Source: an uncultured Bifidobacteriaceae bacterium
GTDB taxonomy: Bacteria; Verrucomicrobiota; Verrucomicrobiia; Limisphaerales; JADLHS01
Assembly: GCA_964456685.1 (NCBI GenBank)
Contig: CAYWCK010000002.1
Location: 1 to 55,008 of the forward strand
Reading direction: 5' to 3'
DNA length: 55,008 nt
Shown: piece after piece, positions 46,749 to 55,008 of the stretch
Layout: each line of letters starts with the position of its first letter
Position numbering within the stretch: position 1 is the first letter of the stretch
Position numbers and translations under genes: made by a program
Notes under the pieces: model-generated
The model's database searches: none
Told to the model about the DNA's origin: nothing
What the model saw: only the letters and a program-made list of their open reading frames with translations

Positions 46749-48419
46749 ATGCCAGGCAAGCTGCTTGGCCAGGTTCTCGGACTCAGCGTCGGTTTGCTGT
46801 CCATTTCCGGGTTTGCCGCAGAGTCAGGCCGATATGTTCCCGGACAGATCCTGCTCAAGACGCGGGCGGCCGCGCCGGAAGCCGCCCTGCAAAGCACCTT
46901 GCGCCGCCACGGCGGTTTTCAAAAGCGCTTGCTTCACAAAGGAAACGTAAAGGTCATTCAGGTTGGCGAAGCCGACGCCGACGCGCTGCTCGAGACATTG
47001 CGTCAGGATCCAACGATTGAATTTGCCGAGCGCGATTACCTCGCGGAAGCCGCTCTCCAGCCCAACGACCCAATCTTGCTGAACAACGGCGCCTGGCATA
47101 TCGCCAAAATCCAAACCCCCACAGCTTGGAACTCAACCACCGGCAACAACGTGATCATGGCCGTCTTGGATTCCGGGGTGAATTTTCAACATCCCGATCT
47201 CGCGGCGAACCTGCTGCCGGGATTCGACTTCGTAAATTACGACAGCGATGCCGCCGATGATTTTGGCCATGGCACGTCCGTGGCGGGCGCCGCCGCCGCC
47301 GTCGGCAACAATGGCGTAGGCGTTGTGGGCGTGGCGTACGGCGCGAAGATTCTTCCGGTGAAGGTCATGGACGCATTTGGCTTCGCCGCCTATTCGGCCA
47401 TTGCCGAGGGCATCCGCTACGCCGTGGATCATGGCGCGCGCGTCATCAACCTCAGCATCGCCGGCAGTTCGGCTTCGAGCACTTTGCAAAGCGCGATTGA
47501 CTATGCCTGGAGCAACAACGTGGTCGTCGTCGCCGCGGCGGGGAACAATGCCAACACCACGCCACAATATCCGGCTGCCTGCGCGCATGTGCTGGCCATC
47601 TCCGCCACCACCTCCAACGACACCCGCGCAACTTTCTCCAGCTACGGCTCGCACCTCGCACTGGCGGCGCCGGGCGAGGCCATCGCCACCACCTCCCGCA
47701 ACTTGACCAACCCATACTTCTTCGCCAACGGCACCTCCCTGGCCAGCCCCCAGGTTGCTGCGAGCGCGGCCTTGATGATCGCAGCGAACTCCCGGCTGAC
47801 CGCGGATCAAGTCGGCGTGTTGCTCGAGCAAACGGCCGATGACCTGGGCGCCAGCGGCTTTGATACTTCCTTCGGCTACGGCCGGCTTAACGCTGCCCGC
47901 GCGGTCGCCGCGGCCTTGAGTTTCACCTCGTCGCCGCCCGCCATTGTCACGCAGCCCACCAATCAAATCATCCTGCTGGGCGGCACGGCCACGTTTGCCG
48001 TCAGCACCACGAACGCTTCCGCGGCGGTGTATCAATGGCGCTTCAACAATACGCCCATCACCGGCGCCACCAATCTGGTTCTGTGCTGCACCAACGCACA
48101 AGCCCGTCAGGCGGGCGGCTATTCCGTCATAGTGGCCAACGCCTCCGGCAGCGTGACCAGTCAGGTCGCGGCACTTTCTGTTACACTCCCGGCTCCGCCC
48201 CAAATGCTCCCGTTGACGGCGGCGGGCAATGACGAACTGACGGTTTCCTGGACGGCCCGGCCGGGTTGTTCGTATCGCGTGCAAGTCGCGACCAACCTCG
48301 CGCAGCCGAATTGGATTTCGTTGGCGCCGGATGTGTTGGCGGCTAGTTCGGTCGCCTCGGTCAGGGATCAACCGCATGGCGCGCCGGCGCGCTTCTATCG
48401 CGTGCTGCTCCTGCCTTAA
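46749..48419 (+). CDS. secreted S8-family (subtilisin-like) serine peptidase with C-terminal Ig-like and beta-sandwich domains
   Basis: The signal peptide is MPGKLLGQVLGLSVGLLSISGFAAE. The catalytic triad motifs are VLDSGV (Asp), HGTSVAG (His) and GTSLASP (Ser). An Ig-like unit (..VYQWRFNN..) follows, then the ..SWT..Y.VQ...L..W..FYRV tail. Confidence 0.9.
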   Translation: MPGKLLGQVLGLSVGLLSISGFAAESGRYVPGQILLKTRAAAPEAALQSTLRRHGGFQKRLLHKGNVKVIQVGEADADALLETLRQDPTIEFAERDYLAEAALQPNDPILLNNGAWHIAKIQTPTAWNSTTGNNVIMAVLDSGVNFQHPDLAANLLPGFDFVNYDSDAADDFGHGTSVAGAAAAVGNNGVGVVGVAYGAKILPVKVMDAFGFAAYSAIAEGIRYAVDHGARVINLSIAGSSASSTLQSAIDYAWSNNVVVVAAAGNNANTTPQYPAACAHVLAISATTSNDTRATFSSYGSHLALAAPGEAIATTSRNLTNPYFFANGTSLASPQVAASAALMIAANSRLTADQVGVLLEQTADDLGASGFDTSFGYGRLNAARAVAAALSFTSSPPAIVTQPTNQIILLGGTATFAVSTTNASAAVYQWRFNNTPITGATNLVLCCTNAQARQAGGYSVIVANASGSVTSQVAALSVTLPAPPQMLPLTAAGNDELTVSWTARPGCSYRVQVATNLAQPNWISLAPDVLAASSVASVRDQPHGAPARFYRVLLLP

Positions 48420-48431
48420 AGCCGGCTGCGA

Positions 48432-50099
48432 TCAGGCCCAATAGCTGGGATTGATCTCGGGAAATAGATTGTCCCGCTGCTCCACGTCGCGCAGCCATTT
48501 CTCATCCACGCGTTGCTGCTTCATCTGCCGGTAAAGCGTGTCGAACCGGACCAAATGATCCTGCACACGCTGACGGGCGTAATCCGGGCTGGTGCCGGTG
48601 CGCAGAATAAACGGCCAGTCGCTCGACTGCGCCAGCAACAGCTCGCGCCCAGCTTGTTTCAGCGCGCGGGCCAGCACAGCGAGTGATTCCTCCTGCTCGG
48701 CCTTCTTAATCTTAATCTTTTTCTTAATCTCCTTCTGATCACCCGGCAGAGTAAGATTAAGATTAGGATTAAGATTAGGACCGGAAAAAGACCGCGCCAG
48801 TTCCGTCATTCGTTCCTGTGCGATTTGCAGATGCGGCAGAATCCACTCGTTCTTCTCGTTCAGCCAGACGCGGTAAAAACCTTCCTCGCCCCAGCTGGAC
48901 GCCGCCGGTTGCACGATTTGATTCGTTGGATGCCGCTGCAGGTAATCCTCCGGCGTGATCAGCTTGAACGTCTGCTGGTCGAAATACGCCTTGCGCACGA
49001 AGTAGTCCAGGAACTCCGGCCCTTCATACCACCAGTGCCCGAACAGCTCCGCGTCATACGGCGCGAGCACCAGCGGCGGCCGATCCAGTATGCCCGCGAG
49101 CTTCTGGACTTGCGCCACGCGCGCATTGAGAAAATGTCCGGCGTGTTCGCCCGCCGCGTGCAACGCCGTCGCACGGTGATAAATTTCCTTCGTCTTCGCG
49201 CCGCCGGTGATGCGGTAATACTTCAACCCGGTGAACCCGCGATGGTCCGGCGACGGCAGATGCTTCTTCACGTAATCGAAATCCAGGTCGAAACCGATGT
49301 CGCGGTAGAAATCGCGATAGCGCGCGTCGCCGGGATAACCCTCGTGCTTGCTCCAGACCTGGCGCGAGGATTCGAGATCGCGCCCGAACGCCGCGATGCC
49401 GTTCGGCGTGAACACCGGCGCGATTACGCCGTAGCGCGGCCGCGGCTGCGCGTGCAGCAGCCCGTGCGTGTCCATGCTGAACCACCGGATGTTCGCCTCC
49501 TGCAAAAATGTTTCAACGCCCTCGAAGTAGGCGCACTCCGGCAGCCAGATGCCGCGCGGGTCGCAACCGAAACAACTCCGGTAATGATCCCGCGCCGTGA
49601 GGATTTGCGCCCGGATGGCAGGCGGATGATTCGCCAGCAACGGCAGCAGCGCGTGCGTGGCCGCCGTGGTGATGATTTCCAGCCGGCCGAGGTCCTGGAA
49701 CTTCCGGAACGCGCCGACGAGATTCCGCCCGTAGCCGCGATACGCTTCGCGCATGCCCGTGAGCCGGTGATGATACATCCACGCCAGCTCGTGAAACGCG
49801 CGATCCCAGTGCGTGCGATGGATTTCCTTCTCCGCGAGTTCAATCAACCCGTCGAGATGCCGCGCGTAGCGGTCCTGCAACAGCGGATCGAGCAGCATCG
49901 CGCAGAGCGTGGGCGAAAGCGTGAGCGTGAGCCGCGTTTCCATCCGGTCGTGCTGCCAGCCTTCCATGATCTGGAGCAGCGGCAGGTAGGTTTCCGTGAT
50001 GGCCTCGAACAGCCAGCTTTCTTCGAGAAATTTTTCATGCTCCGGATGCCGCACAAACGGCAGGTGCGCGTGGAGGACGAGGGAGAGGTAGCCGTGCAT
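48432..50099 (-). CDS. GH57-family 1,4-alpha-glucan branching enzyme
   Basis: Motifs are MHGYLSLVLHAHLPFVRHPE.., ..WLPECAY.. and ..DAELFGHWW.., which are typical of GH57. Confidence 0.9.
   Translation of the reverse strand: MHGYLSLVLHAHLPFVRHPEHEKFLEESWLFEAITETYLPLLQIMEGWQHDRMETRLTLTLSPTLCAMLLDPLLQDRYARHLDGLIELAEKEIHRTHWDRAFHELAWMYHHRLTGMREAYRGYGRNLVGAFRKFQDLGRLEIITTAATHALLPLLANHPPAIRAQILTARDHYRSCFGCDPRGIWLPECAYFEGVETFLQEANIRWFSMDTHGLLHAQPRPRYGVIAPVFTPNGIAAFGRDLESSRQVWSKHEGYPGDARYRDFYRDIGFDLDFDYVKKHLPSPDHRGFTGLKYYRITGGAKTKEIYHRATALHAAGEHAGHFLNARVAQVQKLAGILDRPPLVLAPYDAELFGHWWYEGPEFLDYFVRKAYFDQQTFKLITPEDYLQRHPTNQIVQPAASSWGEEGFYRVWLNEKNEWILPHLQIAQERMTELARSFSGPNLNPNLNLTLPGDQKEIKKKIKIKKAEQEESLAVLARALKQAGRELLLAQSSDWPFILRTGTSPDYARQRVQDHLVRFDTLYRQMKQQRVDEKWLRDVEQRDNLFPEINPSYWA
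48702..48780. repeat. AT-rich imperfect inverted repeat built from CTTAAT / ATTAAG units, in frame inside the GH57 gene
   Basis: The left arm is CTTCTTAATCTTAATCTTTTTCTTAATCTCC (48702-48732). The right arm is GTAAGATTAAGATTAGGATTAAGATTAGGA (48751-48780, containing GATTAAGATTAG twice). On the coding strand it is translated as ..PNLNPNLNLTLPGDQKEIKKKIKIKK... Confidence 0.7.
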
Positions 50100-50239
50100 T
50101 GTGGGTGTAGCGGTGTCAGAAGAGATAATCTAACGTGCTTACCAAACGCCGGGCAAGATACTCGATGCGCGATGCGTGATGCGCAATGCAATTGGCAGAA
50201 CAATCCCCCGGCTGAAATGAAGGTTCTCCTTTGAGGTTT

Positions 50240-50542
50240 TCATCGCTCAACCTTGGTGGCTTTTCCGTAAATGCAATTGTGGCCGACCCAGCCGTTGATG
50301 TGGCCCCGATTGTTGCCAATTTGAAATCTACCTCCACCAACGGCTTTGATGAGGTGTAAGTAATCACGTCCTCGTACTCGGACCAGGACAATGTCATCTG
50401 GCTTGAGTGTTTCGGGGTCGCACGGCTCGAGAGTCACTAGATCACCATCATTTACTTTGCCCTTCATCGAATGACCGCGAGGTCGTATCTGAACAGTTTC
50501 CCTGCGTCGCAATGCCTCAATAGCGTATTTTGCCCAGCTCAT
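50240..50542 (-). CDS. stand-alone S24/S26-like (LexA/signal-peptidase fold) peptidase domain protein
   Basis: 100 aa. RGHSMKGKVNDGDLV matches the G-x-S-M serine motif plus the DGD turn. DIVLVRV..YLHLIKAV matches the Lys-bearing strand. There is no DNA-binding or TM segment. The sequence is visibly more A/T-rich than its neighbours. Confidence 0.55.
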   Translation of the reverse strand: MSWAKYAIEALRRRETVQIRPRGHSMKGKVNDGDLVTLEPCDPETLKPDDIVLVRVRGRDYLHLIKAVGGGRFQIGNNRGHINGWVGHNCIYGKATKVER

Positions 50543-50582
50543 CACGGTAGTTCACTGTCCAGGTGTCTTCACATATCACGTC

Positions 50583-51881
50583 TCACACATTCTCCGGCGT
50601 CGGCGGTTTCAGCGCCGGGTCTTGCGGATGCGCGCCCACATCGCCGCGGATTTCCGTCGTGCGCGTGAACTTCAACTCCGCCGCGCGACCGTCCGTGCCG
50701 TCGGCGGACACCGCCACCACTGGCAGATCGTATTTCCCGTCCGGCAACGCGAAGCGGTAGCTAAACGATCCATCGTGACGCAATTTGATCGTGCGTCCGC
50801 CGATCGTCACGGTCGCGTCGCGTTCCGTCGCGCCGTAGATGATGAGTTCAGCGTTCACGTTGAACCAGAAACCTTTCCCGCGTTCCTGTTCGCCGCCGAA
50901 CGGACTCGACACACTCGTCACCGCCCCGCCGGGCGAAGTCGGCCGACCGAGCTGCGCCGCGCTCTGCGAGGAAAGTTCCGTCAGCATCTGCCGGCGCAGC
51001 ACTTCGGTGATTTCCAGCGAGCCAATCCACACGCGACGCACTTGATCCAGATTCACCACGTCCGCGAGGGCCTGGGCTTGCGCCGGCGTCCACGCGGCGC
51101 TCTGCGGCGGCACGACCACCGGCAAGTCCGGATGCCCTTCGCGCCGCAAATCTTCGAGGGCTTGCGCCAGCGGTTTGTGCACCGGCGCCGCGTCCTGCAC
51201 GAGCACGATCAATTCATCGAAGGAAAGCGCCGCCGGGATCGTCGCGAACTCCACCGCGGCTTCCTCGGCCATCGTCTCCGGTGGCGTCAGCGTCGCGCCG
51301 GCGCGGGTGATGTTCACCCACTTGCGCTTCTTGTCGTAGTAGCCGAGTTCGCCGGTGTATTTCGTGGCCGCGCGCGGCACGTGCACGAACCAGTGGCGCG
51401 ATTCCGGATGCACATGCACCTCGACCGCGAGTGCGCCCTGGGGCGGCGCAAAAAAGACGCGCACCACCAGGTGGCCATCCACGGATTTCCGATTGTAGCC
51501 AACCTGCTGCTCGCGGGTGAGATCCCAATTCGCATAGATCCAATGCGGATCGCGGGCGGTGAGGAAAAGCTTCCTCGTGCCGTAAGCCTCGGGCAGCTCA
51601 CCGGGAGTGGGGGTGAAATCCTGGGCGGGCGGCGTCGGCCCGAGGGCGAACTTCTCGCCCGGCCCGCTGACGTGTGGGGCGGGCGGAAAATCACCTTCCA
51701 AGAGGATCGCGGGCAGCGTGGGCGGCGCTTTGCGCCGCACGATTTTGCGCCGGGCGACCTTGCGTTTGGCGGCGGGCTTGGCCGGGACTTTTTTCTTCGT
51801 CGCCGCGACCTTCTTTGCCTTGGTGACGGGGCGACGCGGCGCGGCCGGCTTGACTTTGGCCGTCTTGGTTTTTGCTTTCAT
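50583..51881 (-). CDS. DUF4912-like protein with Lys/Ala/Pro-rich basic N-terminus
   Basis: The basic N-terminus reads MKAKTKTAKVKPAAPRR..KKKVPAKP... The segment ..LPEAYGTRKLFLTARDPHWIYANWDL.. is typical of DUF4912 proteins, which commonly accompany GH57 genes. Confidence 0.65.
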   Translation of the reverse strand: MKAKTKTAKVKPAAPRRPVTKAKKVAATKKKVPAKPAAKRKVARRKIVRRKAPPTLPAILLEGDFPPAPHVSGPGEKFALGPTPPAQDFTPTPGELPEAYGTRKLFLTARDPHWIYANWDLTREQQVGYNRKSVDGHLVVRVFFAPPQGALAVEVHVHPESRHWFVHVPRAATKYTGELGYYDKKRKWVNITRAGATLTPPETMAEEAAVEFATIPAALSFDELIVLVQDAAPVHKPLAQALEDLRREGHPDLPVVVPPQSAAWTPAQAQALADVVNLDQVRRVWIGSLEITEVLRRQMLTELSSQSAAQLGRPTSPGGAVTSVSSPFGGEQERGKGFWFNVNAELIIYGATERDATVTIGGRTIKLRHDGSFSYRFALPDGKYDLPVVAVSADGTDGRAAELKFTRTTEIRGDVGAHPQDPALKPPTPENV

Positions 51882-52031
51882 AGGCGCTCCTTTTTGCGCG
51901 GAATTCCGGGTCTTTTCTCACGGCGAGACTAAAGCCGGTCCACCGCGCGTGCAATGGGATTCTCAGCCGTGGTGCCGGCAAAGACCGCTTGCCACATCCG
52001 GGCGGCGCGTGTTTACTCGGGTCCGCCAAAC

Positions 52032-52439
52032 ATGAACTCGTCCACCGGCCCGGCCCAATCTCCCGCGGATGATTTGCGCCCCGTCGTCTTCGTGGTGGAC
52101 GATGAACCGATGTTGCTCGAATTGAACGCGGTGATTCTCGAGCCGCTGGGCTTGCGCGTGCGGACCTTCCGCGATCCCGACACCGCGGTGCGGGCGTTTC
52201 AACTGGCTGATCCGCGCCCCGCCCTCATCGTCACTGATTACGCCATGCACACCATGAACGGCATGGACCTGATCAGCGCCTGCCGCCGGCTTCAGCCGCA
52301 GCAGAAGGTCATCATGGTCAGCGGCACGGTGGACGAATCGATCTTCCGTCACTCGCCGCAAAAGCCGGATTTCTTTCTCGCCAAGCCCTATCAAGCCAAG
52401 CAACTCACCGAGCTGGTGCGGGCACTGCTGGAGCTGTGA
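52032..52439 (+). CDS. single-domain response regulator (CheY-like receiver)
   Basis: Motifs are VVFVVDDEP.., ..LIVTDYAMHTMNG.. (the phospho-acceptor Asp) and ..KPY... I used the ATG at 52032. Confidence 0.8.
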   Translation: MNSSTGPAQSPADDLRPVVFVVDDEPMLLELNAVILEPLGLRVRTFRDPDTAVRAFQLADPRPALIVTDYAMHTMNGMDLISACRRLQPQQKVIMVSGTVDESIFRHSPQKPDFFLAKPYQAKQLTELVRALLEL

Positions 52440-52485
52440 TTTTGCGGGTTGGCTTTTCGGCCGGTCGTGCTAGAAATTCTCTGTT

Positions 52486-53247
52486 ATGAAAAAGATCATC
52501 CTTTCCGTCGTTATCGGAATCGTCGTTTTGGTCGTGGTGGCCGTGGTGGTTATCGGGCTCAACCTGGATAGCGCCATCAAGAAGGGCGTGGAAACTTACG
52601 GCCCGGAATTCACCAAGGTGTCCGTCAAACTCGACGGCGTGAGCCTTTCGATTCTCTCTGGCGGCGGCTCGATCAAGGGCCTGATCGTCGGCAATCCGGA
52701 AGGTTTCGCCACGCCGCACGCCATCAAGGTGGACAAAGCCAGCCTGTCCGTCTCGCCCGGCTCGGTGTTCTCCGACAAAATCGTGATCAAATCCATTCGC
52801 GTCGAAGGGCCGGAAATCAATTTTGAAACCGGCCTGACCGGCGGCGACAATCTCCACAAGATTCTCGACAACGTCACCGCCGCCACCGGCGGCCCGAGCA
52901 CCAACAAGGCGAGCGGCCCGGGCAAGAAGCTGCAGGTGGATGACTTCGTCCTCACCGGCGCGCGCGTGAACGTCAGCGTCAAAGGCACCGGCGGCGCCGC
53001 CGCGCCGATCATCCTGCCCGACATCCATCTCTCCAACCTTGGTCAAGGACCGGAAGGCATCACGCCCGGCGAGCTGACCAAGAAAATCATTTCCGAAGTC
53101 ACCACCGAAGTCGCCAAAGCCTCGGTCAAGGTGGTCGCGGACATCAGCAAGGGTGCCGTGAAAGCCGCGGGTGACGTGGGCAAGGGCGCCACCGACGCCG
53201 CCGGCAAAGCGGTCAAAGGAGTGACCGATTTGTTCAAGAAGAAATAG
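52486..53247 (+). CDS. hypothetical N-terminally anchored protein (AsmA/DUF748-like beta-rich region, Lys/Ala/Gly-rich tail)
   Basis: The TM helix is IILSVVIGIVVLVVVAVVVIGL. A repeated beta-strand pattern follows (..SIKGLIVGNPEGF.., ..IVIKSIRVEGPEINFE..). Confidence 0.5.
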   Translation: MKKIILSVVIGIVVLVVVAVVVIGLNLDSAIKKGVETYGPEFTKVSVKLDGVSLSILSGGGSIKGLIVGNPEGFATPHAIKVDKASLSVSPGSVFSDKIVIKSIRVEGPEINFETGLTGGDNLHKILDNVTAATGGPSTNKASGPGKKLQVDDFVLTGARVNVSVKGTGGAAAPIILPDIHLSNLGQGPEGITPGELTKKIISEVTTEVAKASVKVVADISKGAVKAAGDVGKGATDAAGKAVKGVTDLFKKK

Positions 53248-53272
53248 AAGTCTCCGCCGCTCGAATCTTCCC

Positions 53273-53304
53273 GGCGCCGGTCGCAAGACCGGCGCTTGGC
53301 TTTT
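53273..53304 (+). terminator. hairpin GGCGCCGGTC-GCAA-GACCGGCGCT followed by TGGCTTTT
   Basis: A 9-10-bp GC stem lies in the 56-bp convergent gap. It has a short U-tract. Confidence 0.5.
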
Positions 53305-53911
53305 CAAGCCGCGCCGTAAAGTTCGGATTTAAAATTCAGCCCGAACTTCTCCAGCCGCTTCACGAGCTTGCGATTCACGCCGTCGCTGAACCAGTGAACG
53401 ACGCTGCGCGCCACGGCTTCGCTTACGCCCGCCTCTTTCATCAAACGCGGCCCACCGGCGGCGAACATGGCATCCACCGTGGGAAAACCTTTCATCAATG
53501 CCTGCGCTTCCGCTGCGCCGACCAGCGGAATCCCCAAACCGAACAGCAATCGCCACGCGTCGCGTTTCATGCTGGCGGTGATGGCATCGAAAAATTGCTG
53601 CGCGCTTTCCGGCGTCAGGCCAGGCAACGCGGCCAGCTCCTTCACCTTCAGCCGGTAGAGCTCGGCTACATCGCGAACCAATCCGTGTTGCACGAGCAGC
53701 GCCACCATGGCTTCGTCACCGCCGGGAATGTCCATCGCCTCGGGCGCACACCAGTGCACCAAACCGCGCCGCACCTGCGCCGGGCAATCGGGGTTGGGGC
53801 AGGCCGGCTTCCCCTCGCGAACCGCCAGCAATTGCGAGCCGCACTCGGGGCAGGTGGGAACGACGGTTTTCTCGCCGCCTTGCTTGCTCCGCCCAAAAAA
53901 CCAGGCGCACA

Positions 53912-53912
<1 letters not shown>
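53304..53912 (-). CDS. stand-alone LigA-like Zn-finger + helix-hairpin-helix module (no adenylation, OB or BRCT domain)
   Basis: CPECGSQLLAVREGKPACPNPDCPAQ is a Cys4 finger. The collinear HhH region (..LFGLGIPLVGAAEAQAL.., ..EAGVSEAVARSVVHWF..) aligns by eye with E. coli LigA residues about 405-590. The ATG overlaps the ligA stop (TGATG). Confidence 0.75.

Positions 53913-55008
<1,096 letters not shown>

Noticed and set aside
48825-50234. 469-aa plus-strand ORF
   Set aside because: It is antisense to the GH57 gene, which has clear family motifs.
50622-51932. 436-aa plus-strand ORF
   Set aside because: It is antisense to the DUF4912-like gene and has an Arg-rich shadow-ORF composition.

Overview
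GC-rich, gene-dense bacterial window. It is most consistent with the PVC superphylum, probably Verrucomicrobiota. That placement is inferred from a Pirellula/Verrucomicrobium-type CxxCH dehydrogenase protein, Gloeo_Verruco (GloVer) repeats, an ECF sigma factor paired with a WD40 Ser/Thr kinase, and autotransporter-associated beta-strand repeats; no database search was possible. Most genes are housekeeping or metabolic: tgt, an rpoD-like sigma factor, trxA, trpF, a coaC-like flavoprotein, apgM, gap, nth, a lipoate ligase, an MsbA-like exporter, a GH57 branching enzyme with a DUF4912 partner, a 2-hydroxyacid dehydrogenase and ligA. There is also an HK/NtrC two-component pair and a small hopanoid-type gene group. 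The accessory part is 4.5-19.6 kb. It holds an ECF sigma, an STK-WD40 kinase, a 2,844-aa mosaic surface protein, a frameshifted PQQ-like propeller gene, and a 3'-truncated integrase next to tRNA-Thr(CGU). I found no CRISPR array, no intact prophage or IS, and no canonical defence, toxin-antitoxin or secretion system. I cannot claim a complete novel system. The items most worth follow-up are: (1) a self-contained mini-gene with SD, a 14-codon Lys-rich ORF and an intrinsic terminator, bracketed by 12-bp direct repeats (33.6-33.76 kb); (2) a translationally coupled stand-alone copy of the LigA Zn-finger/HhH module directly downstream of ligA, plus a TIR-bounded palindromic element sitting in frame in the ligA Zn-finger region at the window edge; (3) a 791-aa orphan protein with no recognisable motif; (4) an in-frame AT-rich palindromic insert in the GH57 gene, and a stand-alone S24-like peptidase gene wedged between DUF4912 and GH57; (5) the ECF/STK/giant-protein block. 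All product calls rest on motif recognition by eye and carry that uncertainty.
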